A stretch of 64,000 nucleotides of DNA from the human T2T-CHM13v2.0 reference genome, Homo sapiens. The position numbers and the translations under genes were made by a program. This document shows positions 1 through 12,135 of this stretch, one piece after another. Every line of letters starts with the position of its first letter. The first letter of the stretch is position 1. The stretch lies in NCBI RefSeq assembly GCF_009914755.1, contig NC_060928.1; one strand, 5' to 3'. The notes under the pieces are model-generated. The model did no database searches, was not told the origin of the DNA, and saw only the letters and a list, made by a program, of their open reading frames with translations.

Positions 1-368
1 GCCAAATGTGAGTGATAAGTGATAAGTCATCACTTCTTTCAAAGTCTTTTGGTGATGGGTCACTGTGCATCCAGTATTTAGTTCACTTGTAGACAGCAAA
101 ACGTGTGGTTGCCTTGCCTTGCCTTCTGATGATAAATCCACATGACATTTAACAAAAGTAGGTAATCAAAAGAAAGAACTGGATGACAGATGAAAGCACA
201 GACAGTGAATGCTGGAAGTGAATTTGGATGTGACTATAAGACAGCTGATCATGGGATTGTTGACGTAAAAAAATTAAAAGCAGGCTACAGTTTTATATGC
301 ATGATCTCTATGTGCAAAACAGGTAGTCCTCACTTTGCACAATTCTGAATGCATAAATTTCAGTGACC
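1..368 (-). mobile_element. Tigger6-like DNA transposon fragments, rearranged paralog of 7481-7965
   Basis: 1-264 aligns by eye to ~7720-7965; 266-368 aligns to 7481-7578; TIR-like CAGGTAGTCCTCACTTTGCAC at 320-340. Confidence 0.6.
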
Positions 369-1270
369 ATCATTATGCAGCACTTATGTAGCAGTAAAAA
401 ACCAATAAACTAAATGAACATAAAACAACATGCTGATAATTTAGAAATCAAGTTTTGAGGACAAAAATGTAAGGAATAGGAATATACAAACATGAAAAGC
501 ACCAAATATTTCACATGGATATTGTATATTTATAAGTGTATTTTGAACATATTAGAGTGAACAATATATTGAAGAGTGGCAGGAAGAGGGTGTAGGGATT
601 GGGAATAAAAGGAAAGAATACATAAGGAAGAGCTCCTGTATGAATCAATAATGTCATGCACCATAATATAAGCAGTATGGTAATACTTGAGGTTCAAAGG
701 AAAGAAAAAAGCATGGAAGTGAAGAAAGAAAAATTGAAGGATTTAAAAGGAAAATCTAAGGAAGGGTAGTAAAAAAGATCTCATAATGGGTATAGTATTT
801 GGAAATTTTCTGTGGTGGGTATAATTTTTATTATGTTTTTAAATTTTTTAAGACTGTCAGCTTTAGCATACTGGAAATTGCAGCGACTGAGTTAAAGTCC
901 CTTTCTCTACAATTTTAATTATCTGAGTTTCAGTATTCTTGTAAAGCAGAGAAAAGTACATCTTAGCTACTCAGCTAACATGTGTGCCAGACTCACAGCA
1001 AGCATTTAATAAATGGTAACTCTTTTATGTTTCTATGAATTACGTGTCTAAATGTCAATTTGATCTCTCTAGAAAAAAGTTTGGTTAAGAAAATACATTA
1101 TCTGGAATTTAGGTACTTGCATCTGATTATACTGTTAAGATAATAGTGTCTTTATAAAAATCATGCCATTCTTTTTCATTTAGTAATAAACAAACTGATA
1201 AACTGTTTAAAATGTTTTAAATTATTGTGTGCTAAAAAACTTGATCCAACAAAGTAAATCCATTGCTTAC

Positions 1271-1385
1271 CTATGAATCCAAGCATTGAAAACTCAATAA
1301 AAAACCAATTATTTGAACTGATATTACCTACAAAATCTGTTATTTTTGTAAAGTACATCTCTTTAGCTATGATATCATCTTCTAG
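1271..1385 (-). CDS. MGAT4D: MGAT4D coding exon 8: [38 protein letters not shown](G); gene continues beyond the window start
   Basis: poly-T tract plus cAG acceptor, AG|GTAAGC donor, 115 nt, phase 0 to 1; LEDD and EFSxLGFIG motifs; inside ORF 1176..1403. Confidence 0.95.
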
Positions 1386-1558
1386 CTGAAAAAAAAAACC
1401 CAAAAAGACATTAATATCTTTGACGCTTCCATTGAGTAAAGCTATATTAGCTTGAAAATAAAAAATACAACTGAATATACTGAAGAAAATGGTTTTATAA
1501 AATAATAATTTTATTTCAGTTTCAATTAATTGAAGGTATTTACAGTTAGTTGATTTCC

Positions 1559-1827
1559 TTTTTTTTTTTTTTTTTTTTGAGACAGGGTCTCACTCTGTTA
1601 CCCAGGCTGGAGTGCAGTTGCGTGACTGCAGGCACGTGCCATCATGTCTGGCTAATTTTTACATTATTTGTAGAGATAGGGTTTTACCATGCTGCCCAGG
1701 CTGGTTTCGAATTCCTGGGCTCAAGCGATCCTCCTGCCTTGGCCTCCCAACTCCTGGGCTCAAGTGAGCCTCCCGCCTTGGCCTCCCAAAGTGCCGAGAT
1801 TACAGGTATGAGACACCACACCCTGCT
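1559..1827 (-). mobile_element. Alu (J-like) with an internal deletion and a 39-bp tandem duplication
   Basis: poly-T followed by gagacagggtctcactctg...; repeated unit at ~1712-1750 and 1751-1789. Confidence 0.85.
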
Positions 1828-1974
1828 CCATGTTTGATTCTGAGATTAACCAGACAAGAGAGTATCTGTTTCTTTCCTAAATACTAAACATTCCATCTAA
1901 ATCCCTCTTTGAAAGAGTCTCTTTATCTAAATCCACTTTCATCCTCACAAATACTTCAGTTTCTAGTTTAAGAC

Positions 1975-2632
1975 TGTCTTAGTCCATTTGAGCTGTTATA
2001 ACAAAATACCATAGAATGGGTAGTTTATAAACAACAAACATTTATATTTCATAGTCCTGGAGCCTGGGAAGGCCAAGAACAAGGTGCTAGCAGGCTTATG
2101 TCTGCTGAAGGCCTATTCCTCATAGATGATGGCTTCCACTGTGTCCTCACAGTAAAAGGGGCTAGCTAGCTCTCTGAGGTATCTTTTATAAGGGCACGAA
2201 TCCCATTTATGAGGCTCTGCCTGCATAATCTAATTGCCTCCCACAGGCTCCACCTCCAAATACTATCACCTTGGGGGTGAGAATTTTAACATATTAATTT
2301 TGGGAGGGAGGCCAGGAGCCGTGGCTCACGCCTATAGTCCAAGCACTTTGGGAGGATGAGGCAGGCAGATTGCTTGAGCCCAGGAGTTTGAGACCAGCCT
2401 GGGCAACATGGCCAAACCCTGCCTATATAAAAACTACAAAAAATTAGTCGGGTGTTGTGGTGTGCACCTGTAGTCCCAGCTACTTGAGGCTTCAGTGAGC
2501 CGCGATTGTGCCACTGCACTCCAACCTGGGCGATAGAGCAAGACATTGTCTCAAAAACAAAACAAAACAAACAAAAAAACAAAAACAAAACTTTGGGAGG
2601 CTTTGGGAGAGATGCAAACATTCAGACCATAG
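1975..2632 (-). mobile_element. MaLR LTR (MLT1-like), interrupted by an Alu
   Basis: tgtcttagtccattt...ataacaaaataccataga... start and ...aaacattcagaccatagc end typical of MLT1. Confidence 0.7.
2310..2590 (+). mobile_element. Alu with right-arm deletion, nested in the MLT1 LTR
   Basis: ggccagg...gtggctcacgcct...; A-rich (AAAAC)n tail; tttgggagg on both sides. Confidence 0.9.
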
Positions 2633-3630
2633 CTAAGACTAAGTAGCTTTATGCTTGTGATGAAAGGTGCCACGTTCTATCTCCAGATAGTTCCCAGCAA
2701 AGAGAAGCCAAAAAGCAACCAGCACTCTCATCCACAACTCCACAACTAGCTGGTTAGAATAATGGTGTAAGCCTAAAAATATCCTCCATAAGAGAGACAG
2801 GGCAATGGAAATGAGTTTTCTTTTTTGTTTAATATATATTATGCATAATCTGTAGACTAAGAGGGCCTCATAAGTAATCAAGAAAAATGTGGCAGTCCTC
2901 AGGCACACTATGAGGACACAGAATAGAACTGTGGTGTTTCAAATTGGGAAGAGTACATTGGCTGGATCTTGTGTTTTCATGACATTGCCACTAACTAGGA
3001 ATCAAAAGAGACCTTTTTTTTCTTCCAATGAAAGAGAAGACCTTGCTTTAGGCCTTTCTCTAACTTTCTCTCTAGTCTACAACTCTCTTCTGCAAATTCT
3101 TTGAATGAGAGCACATTGTCTATGTAGTGTGGTCCATACTTACTATTTAGAAACACAACATTATTATTTAACAATGTGGAGAGATTTATAGGGTACAAAC
3201 TATATATAAGTTATTCACTTTTACAAATACAGTAAGGCACTGAGAACTGTGTTACTCATAAAGTATTATGAGTAAATTTAGGGTAGCAATGATAAGTGTA
3301 TACAATGTCTGACAAATGCTTAAAATGCATTTGCTTAATCTAATAAAATTGTAAGCCAAGAAATAAATATAGGCATACAATTTCGTTTTTTTGAGATTTT
3401 CTTTTCAGTTTGCTTCAGGTAACTATAATTTTCTCTGTAACAGTGAACCTAGTAAGAATATTCATATATAATCAATTTTAAACTTCCTTTGGCATTTTAA
3501 TACAGTGAGTATTTTCTATTTTCTGAATATAAAGTAAGGTGGAGGAATACAATGAGGAAGAAGAAATAGGAAGGAGGGAGAAAGTAACACTTTCAATTTA
3601 AATTATATCTATCTACAGATATAATTGGTG

Positions 3631-3632
<2 letters not shown>

Positions 3633-3662
<30 letters not shown>
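3633..3662. repeat. (CA)n microsatellite next to the exon 7 donor
   Basis: About 15 perfect AC units. Confidence 0.95.
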
Positions 3663-3664
<2 letters not shown>

Positions 3665-3671
3665 TTCTGAC

Positions 3672-3747
3672 CTGTAAATAATACTTGGCCTTGGGTTGGG
3701 CATACAGCATCAAAATGCAAAAATCCAATACCTGTTTGATTCGCCAA
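3672..3747 (-). CDS. MGAT4D: MGAT4D coding exon 7: (S)[25 protein letters not shown]
   Basis: cctttAG acceptor, CAG|GTCAGA donor, 76 nt, phase 2 to 0; WRxKQxLD motif conserved in GT54. Confidence 0.93.
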
Positions 3748-4552
3748 CTAAAGGTAATCAATAAGATCTGTTAATATTTGTCATTATTAATTTTTATTTA
3801 TAAGCATACTTTAGTAATTAAAAAACTCTTTGGCAGTTTACTAACAGTACTAGCTACAATTAAGTAACTAATTTTACTTAATTAATTTCAATTAAGTAAA
3901 ATTGAATATCTTATACTAAAAAGTTTTCCATCTTTATTCAATGAACAGTGTCTACCATTGCTAAACCAGGATAAGCACAACCCATTTGTTTTACATTTCT
4001 ATCTAGATAAGTTTTGATCTAGATAATAGTGTTAATATTCTTTCTGATTTTAGGTCTTGTTCAAATGAAAGTATAAAGAAACTTTATTCTTTTTTCAATG
4101 TCTCTACTAACAGCTTTCTTTATTGATTCTATCATCCAAGAGTTTTCTCCCCAATTCTTAGGGTTAACTATCTGCTACAGAGTATTAATATTTCTTTTTA
4201 CGGGTCTTTAAACCATTTCCCCTAAGTCTTACCCCTTGGTTTACTTGGAAAGGAAAGGTGGCTTTTTTTGTTTTTATTTTGAAAGTAGTCTCCACAAGCT
4301 CTGGAACTCTTCATGGTCCTCTTGAAGAAACCCAATGTTAACTCCCTTCACAAAGTGACTTTATGTTTGGCCTCTGATGAAATGCGTGAGCACACATTGC
4401 CCCAACTCTCCCAATCCTAGGGAATGGAGTAATTGTATGAATTACTACTCTCCAGCGGATTGATTGTGGCCAAATTTGGGGCAATTTGAACTCTAGGGAG
4501 TCAAAAATTTTGAATGATAACTGAAAAGAATTAAGGAGAGAATTATAGCAAA

Positions 4553-5272
4553 AAAATGGCGGATAGGAGACAGGACTAATGCGCAGCTCCTGCTTGGCCA
4601 GGCAGAACAGTGCCTGGAGACTCACATTGTGAACGTTTGCTTCAAGAAACACTGCAGCAACATACCAGGAAAACCTAAAGAATTCACAAACCCTTTGAAA
4701 GAACTGGCTTGCCACTGCAACCTCTGTGAGATGGCTGAAAAACTGCGAGTTCCCAAAGTGTAAGGGGGGAAAAGTTGGCCTCCATACACACATCCCCACT
4801 GAGGAACCTGAAAATCCAGAACACGAGAGAAGGATTTAGCCTTACCTAGAGCTGAAATGGATTTAGGAAGCCAAGAGAAATATAAAAGTAGACGAAGCAG
4901 TGGGAAGAGCCCTGTAGGCACTCCTGGTCCCCAACCCCAGCCCAGGGACGTCATTCCTGGCCTTATCTCACAGAGTTCTTTGGGGAAGGGAAGGCAGCCA
5001 GTGGAACTGGGGAGGGGTCACAGGGTGAAGGAAACTCCTAGCTGAACTTTGTAATAATTTTGACTGAGCACAAATTTTCTTGAGCATAATCTGGGGGCAG
5101 GGTGAATGGGAAATGCAGATATGAGCACAGAAGCCACTGCCAAAGGTGCGAAGGTGTGGGCAGGCAGGGAGGGGTGAGGCATGAGAGCCCTGCTTGCTTT
5201 CTCAGTGGGGAGGCTTGTAGTCTGGGGCAAGAGCTCATCCCTGCTCGTAGGGTTGCCTGGATATAAACTCAC
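4553..5272 (+). mobile_element. Isolated L1 5'UTR fragment (L1PB/L1PBa-like)
   Basis: aaatggcggataggagacaggactaat...gagactcacattgtgaac...cataccaggaaa matches old primate L1 5' ends; no ORF1 follows. Confidence 0.7.
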
Positions 5273-6343
5273 CCAAAGAAACTTTTTTCTCATACTAAGC
5301 TAGAAACCAGACCAGGTCCTGAATATAAAAAAAGCAGTACCCAAGGTCATTCTTGCCCTTCTGCGTCTCATAACCTCATATGAAAAAAAATAATAAAATT
5401 ATAACAATTAGATAAGTGCTACGTGAAGATATCAACAATGTTGGCTATCTTACAGTAAGTTTTCAAAGTTGTGGAAAGGGTGGAAGAGCATGCCACTTAG
5501 TTTTAGGGCACAGAGAGCTGACAGAAGGAAGTTAATGATTGCAAGGTTGGCAGACCAGATCATGAAGGATATTTTATGATATGTGGGAAACTTTGGACTT
5601 GATCTCATATGAGAAAATATTCTTCTGGGTACAGCATGAAGAATGAATTGTAAGAGAGGCTAGGTTAGGCTAGGAGTAGGGACTCTGTAATGGTGAAGGC
5701 CTGAACTAAATCCAAGCCAATGGAAGGAGGATGAGAGGGACAATGTGTAGAGAGATTTTAAAAAAGAAACAATGACAGAGATATAAAAGGCTGAAGGAAA
5801 AACAAAGATCCAGGATGACTCCCACCTTTGTGACTCTAAAAACTGGGCATAATGTGGACCACTAATTAAAAGAAAAACAAAACGCTTAAAAGATTCCTAG
5901 ATTCTGACACACCATTTATAATTTTAACACAAAAGAAGGCTAATCAGTTTCCTGGGATAAGACCTTTTTCTGATTTCTGGCATGTCTTTTTCTTTATTAA
6001 GTTTTGAGGGACCAAATTATTACATTTCCCATAATACTTACCACACTAATACCCCAAATTATAATCCTTTGTATGTGTATAGAGCTTTTAATTTTTTAAG
6101 ATTCTTTCACAAATGTATTTTATTCTCATAATGACTCTTCCAATTATGCAATATAGGTGTCATTATACACACTAGAAAGTTAGGAAAGCTAAGAAAAAAA
6201 GGTGAAATTACCTGCCTACAATGACCAGCAAACAGAACAGCTGGGACTAGAATCCAGCTGTAATGATTTATAATCCCAGGCTCTCCCCCTCCTCATTATT
6301 ATACCTTTGCTAATTATTGTCTGTAAATGTGAACATAGACCAT

Positions 6344-6548
6344 CAGTGGTGTGCTGGTAAATGTTTAACAACTGACTTGGGGGTGGAGGGATGGACATCC
6401 TGCTTTGTAGCTTTTGCCCATTTCCACGGTATAAATACTCCTACTGTGGCTAATGCTATCAACTCGATGTTATTGAATACAGAGTTGGGAAGTGATGCAC
6501 ATAGTTGGGTCTTGCAACCCAGTAGAAGCCAGCTCCAGAACACCACTG
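6344..6548. mobile_element. MER63-like hAT MITE
   Basis: Terminal inverted repeats CAGTGGTGTGCTGG ... CCAGAACACCACTG, ~205 bp. Confidence 0.75.
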
Positions 6549-6638
6549 TGTCTGAAATAGTTTCTAATATGAGCTGATTCCAAGATTTTATCAGATGAAG
6601 TTAGTTATTTAAGGCTACTATTTTCTAATATGACATAC

Positions 6639-6752
6639 CTGGCTAATTTTTGTGAGGCCTCAGCTAAGTGCTTGGCATTTAACATGCTTGAGTACAAAAA
6701 GGCAGGTATTGAAATGACCTCTAAGGATCCAGACCTCACTTGCCTTTTGAAT
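6639..6752 (-). CDS. MGAT4D: MGAT4D coding exon 6: (K)[37 protein letters not shown](S)
   Basis: ttatAG acceptor, AG|GTATGT donor, 114 nt, phase 2 to 2; SGxLEVI motif of the MGAT4 family. Confidence 0.92.
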
Positions 6753-7529
6753 CTATAAATAGAAGTAAATGCAGACTTATAATTGAATATTTAATTTTCC
6801 AGAATAACATAAATACTTAAAAATAATTTTCTTATGCATGGCCACATAATATTTGATTTGAATTATTTCACATGTTGATACATGATACCAGCATCATAAA
6901 ACTAGCCAAAGCATTTTTTTATAAATTAATAACAGACATATTAAAATACACAATATAAAATTAGTTTCTTCTTATAAAAATTACAGGTACTTTGACATTT
7001 TTAAAGTTTATAGCCAGATGTGTACTCTGACATTTGAAACAATGAAACTCATGGATTATGAGAACACAGTGACTGCAAGAAAGCAAGAATATTTGATGAT
7101 TTTTAAATGCATAATTTTGAATTTAATAAGAGTCCTACTGAATAGCAATGTGGCTCCTGAAACTAGATTACCCCAGCAAGCAAGGATTTAGTCAGACTCT
7201 TGTCCACCACTCATTGGAGGACTATGTGTACTCTTTAGCATCTTTATTTTTAAACGTTAATGTGATAGATCAACAAGGTCATCACTAAACTACATAAAAT
7301 ATGATCACAAAAATTCCAATATAAATCTTGTACCATCAAGGTAAAGGATGGGAAACCAAGTAGAAAATTTTAAATGGTCTTCCTTTAGAGATAATGTGAT
7401 TTTAAATGAGATTGGAATTTAGGCATTACATTATTTATTAACATGTTAAAGGTTCAAGGAAATGTTTATTTTGTACTACATAAAAAATTTAAAAGCTTAC
7501 AGTTTTATATGCATAATCTCCATTATGGG

Positions 7530-8533
7530 CAAAATAGTCCTTGCTTTGTACAATTCTGAATGTATAAACTTCAGTTACTGTGTTTTAGTTAAATAACACC
7601 AGTCTCCCACAACAACACTGTAGTCATGATATATTGTGAACAATTGTGTAAAGTACAAACTTCACTGCTAGCTCTTCAATGCACAAATCACTATATAAAT
7701 AGCAGATGCACATCATCATTAGTGACTAATTGCATCACTTCTTTCAAAGTCTTTTGGTGACTGGTCACTGTACATCTACTATTTAGTTCACCTGTTGACA
7801 GCAAAACATGTGGTTGTCTTGCCTCGCCTCCCAGTGATAAGCCTACATGATATTTAACAAAAGTAGGTAATCCAAAGAGGAAATTGGCTGACAGATGAAA
7901 GTGCAGGTGAATGCTGGTAGTGAATTTGGATGTGCTGTAAAAGAGCTGATCATGGGAATGTTGACACCTCCTCTATTTGAGAGACTCTAGAGATGCAACA
8001 AAGGGAACTTAGTGAAGGTGAACTTAACTGACAAATAAGAAAAATGGTTGTGGTGAAATTATGTCACATAGGAAATGATGCTGCTGAAAAACTTCACATT
8101 AAAGGAACTCTCAGAGATATTTCATGACATTGAAAACACAAATGATAAAATGCTGGAACTGATCCAAACTTAGAAAGGAGTATAACAATTTGCTGAAGCA
8201 TAGAAAAGACATTTGCTCAGTATTTTAAGTTCTGTGATAAGAAAAAGGCAAGGACCATTTAAATTACTCTTGATAAAATTTTTAAAAGAAATCAAATCAT
8301 TAATACTCAATAATTTTAATGTTTTAAATTACAGTGTAATAAATTAGCTTAACAATATTTTTCATTTTTCTATGTATTTATAGTTGACAGAGAGTAATGT
8401 TTTAACATACGTTTAAAGGTCATGGAACAATTGTGATTTTTTTCCCATTGTTTGTTAATATTGGCTTGCACGGTTTCAACTTGCACAATCATTTCTATGG
8501 CCCCATGCTATCTTGCAAATCAAGGATTGCCTG
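7530..8533 (-). mobile_element. Tigger6-like TcMar DNA transposon (~1 kb)
   Basis: Degenerate TIRs (tagtccttgctttgtac ... tgcaaatcaaggattgcctg) with a decayed interior. Confidence 0.65.
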
Positions 8534-10879
8534 AGTATATATAAACACACACAAACACACATGGAAGAAAGCTCATGTTTTATAATGGGTATGTATCACG
8601 AAAACGGGGTTGGAGTAGCATATTGTGCTAGAGCGAATATGGGTTTTAGACCTAGAAAAGTCTCTGTGCCAATTTTGCTTGTTTTACTTCCTAACTTCAA
8701 GGAAGTAATTTATTTTTTCTGATCTTTAATTTCCTCATCTGTAAAACTGGAATAGTAACTTAAAAACTTGGGGGGAAAGAACTGTTCAAAATACATGCTG
8801 GAATTCTTCCCAGGCTCTGTACATTAGTGGAAAGGTTTTTGGTCATTTATTTTGGTGGGAGCATAAGTGGAGGAGTGAAGGGGATGAAAGTCTTACTGGC
8901 TGCCCTCTGATTTTATGATATATCAAATGAAAAGATTTTTAAAAAACGAATTCTAATATGTTCCTTGGGGAATAGAAAATACTGGCGTAGAAAAAAAAAG
9001 AATGGAGAGTTTGGTTGTTTGCTTTGTGTTAAAAGTTAGTAACATAATATCTAAATTTTTAAATGAATTTGTGTAACTTTAAACTACAAGATCTTGTGCG
9101 GCAATTTAGTAGAGGTAAAGGGAAATAACATCAAGTTGCAGCATACACAATCATCAAAAAGTTTAGATTACAGAGATACACAAATTTTGTCCTCTAGAAA
9201 ATTCCATCCAAAGTCCAAAAAGCACCAAAAGTTAAGTTACAATTTCTACTTTGATGATATAATTCCCCAGTCATGTTGGAGAGAAAGATTCCAGTCTTGG
9301 TTTTATTCAATCTGTTTTAAGCAAGATACTTGAAATTTTGTGTGTTGACACCTTTCTAGGACTCTCTAAAACTTTTATAGCTTGTTAGGTTATTTATATA
9401 CAGCATCAAAAGCCCTTGACTTAATTATATGGGAATTGCTAGTTTCCAATGACTGGAGAAAATAATATAACTCTAGGTTGTTGCCATTAAAAATGAATGA
9501 TTTTACCTTATAGTCATGCAAGAGTGGAAATCTTACAACTCTATAGGTTTATGTAAAGTGCATAGTTATATACAGTTTCATATGAGGTTATATACAAACA
9601 TAGATGAGTCCTTTAAAAATTATATAGTTTCAATCTAGGACTAATCCAAATATAAAACAATCTCTCATTACCCTAATGAGAAAACCTAGGAAAAGGGTTT
9701 TTAGCTAAATTGAATAGGCAAAAGTTTAGACATGTAAATTTAAAAGTTATATGTCTATATTACCTTTGATAATGTTTTAAATTTAATATTCACTATTATT
9801 CTATTATAATTTAATAGTGAATATTAAAAATAGTGAATATTAAATAGTGAATATTCACTATTATTCACATTTTAAATTATTGCTTTACTCTACTTTCACA
9901 AAAAATAATTTTATTCTAACTCTTTATCCTGCATTGGTATTATCAATATAATTATCACCACTAGAATCACTTTTTGAATCACCTGACATAGTTTTCCAGT
10001 ATCCTTGATTTTCAGTTCTAACTACAATACGGCAATTTCTAAAACCAGTGACATTGTCTCTGAAAATTTTGTAGCAAATCAGAAGTATTCTCATACATTA
10101 GGTAATGTTTTTATTGGAGATCTTTACAAGTAACCACATACTCTAATTTTTTTAAGTGATCTTCAAAAGGCTTACAATGATGCGGTCATATCTTCAGGAA
10201 TTGTTTTACACCTTTGCCTTCTTTTTAATTGATTCTGTCAGGAGTCTCCTATAAGAATACCAAACTAGCATAGATTGAAGCCACTTCAGGATAATGTGTC
10301 TTCTCTTCTCTAAATAGTAGTTTATTGTTCAGAATAAAGCAACTGAGAAGGCATCCTTGAGTATGAGAAGATTTTTTAAGGGTTCAAGTATAAGGTAACT
10401 TTTTTCCTGGGGAGTCTTTTAGGGGAAAAACTAGATGTATATGGTGTTTTGTTTAATCTTTATTTAATCCCTCTCCCTTCACATAAATCACCTATTTCAA
10501 GCCTTCACTACCCTAAGTTCCTTCACTGCCAATGAATCCCTCCTTCTCAACACAGGGGCTTACCTCCTTCACAGAGAAAAGAGAAATCTTTAAAAAAGGA
10601 TTTTTAAGATGATTACACTGTCTTTCCCCCAACAAATTAATTTTTCTACTCTTTCACCTGCTCTCATCTCCTCTTTGGTCTCAGTGCTGTCTAAAGCTCC
10701 CTCCACCTGAGTCTCCAGTTCCCTCCTGCCTTGCTTCATCAGCCCCTCCTCTCTCTACTGCAGCACAAGTAAAAACTCCAGGTGCTTCCACCTCAAAACC
10801 TCCCAAACAGTATTTGTGTCCCTTAAGACAGGTGTTTTGACTTTTCTTCCTATCAGTTGAACTTACTGATAATAGTCTA

Positions 10880-12135
10880 CATTCATTCTTTAAATATGTA
10901 TTATAAAAATTACCAAACATCCACAAAAATAGAAATATAATGAACCCCAAATCAGTTTCCTTCAATAAGCATTTATTTTCTGCCACGTTTGTTTCATCTA
11001 CGCAGCTGCCCCTTTTTTGCTTAAGTATTTTAAAACAAATGCTGGATATCATTTCGCCCTTACATTCTTCAGTGTGAATATTAAAAAGGACATTTATTTA
11101 ATAAGCACAATGGTATTATTCACACTTTGCAAAACTATAAATGATTACTTAACATCACATAATACTTAGTCAATTTTCAAATGTCCCCAGTCGTCTAAAA
11201 AGTGCCTATTTTGGGGGAGTAGGCGCTCAAACAAGTACCCAAATAAGGTCGCTCATTGTAATTGATTATCCCTATTTCTTTTTAAAATTTATTATCTAGA
11301 CCGGTAACCGTCATTTTTCTTTCTTCCCCCATCCCCATTCCACTTTTTAAAGACTCTGGGTCAGTTTTCTACAGAAGGTCCCACTTCTTGATTGTTTTGC
11401 CCCAGATGGCTTCCTTTTTTTGCTGTGTATCCTGTAAACTGAAATTCAGCTCCTAAGGCTTGATTGCATTCAGGGTTTTTTGTTTTGTTGTTTTGTTTAA
11501 GTCGGGGGAATAACTCTCAATAGTTCTTCCTGGCATCATTTCCATCGCCAGACTTTCAGCGACCCCGAGCTGCTGGAGGTGAGGGTGGGGTCCCTGGACC
11601 CTGGCTGCTCACAGCTCACACTGCACATCGCACCCCTCTGCTCTGCAGTGCATCCTGTCCTGCGGGACGCCCTTGCTAGCGGGGTACCGGTTGGCCTCTG
11701 CCTGCGGGAAGCAGTAAGTGACAAGAGCCTGGAAGGAGGTCGAAGCCAAGGATGCGCCTCCTCTTTCAGCTCCCGCGGTGGCGGAGGTTCCAGCTGCTGA
11801 GGAGGCCTATCTCCAGGGCCTCTGATCCCCGGGTTTAATGTCCTCTCCTTCCCGCTGCTGTGTGCTCTTTCTTCTCCCTTCTGTGCTCTCAGTCCTCTGA
11901 AACTTGTTTTGACCAATTGTTTGTGTGAAATTGCCTGTTTCCTCTATTTGAACGACCAGGAGTTTTCCTGTGCGGACACTGACCGGCATACCTTCCTCGT
12001 AAAGTTCCCCCAACCCTCTCACTTAATGACGCGCTTCAAAACGGTGATTCTCCAATTTCATTCATTCTACACTTACTAGCTGGAATTGTTTTGACTAGAA
12101 CAACTAACTGCCTCAGCCACTAGAGCTATTTGGTG
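10880..12135 (-). mobile_element. Ancient L1M (L1MC/L1ME-type) 3' end containing a CpG-rich patch
   Basis: Flanking motifs such as ttgattgcattcagg and aaagttcccc...ggtgattctccaatt...tagctggaat resemble L1M 3'UTR consensus. Confidence 0.5.

Noticed and set aside
4338-5293. Cluster of 60-153 aa ORFs
   Set aside because: Fall within or across the L1 5'UTR fragment; no coding features.
11536-11916. 126-aa and 73-aa ORFs in the CpG-rich patch as a processed pseudogene
   Set aside because: No recognisable protein, poly(A) or TSD; kept only as a regulatory candidate.
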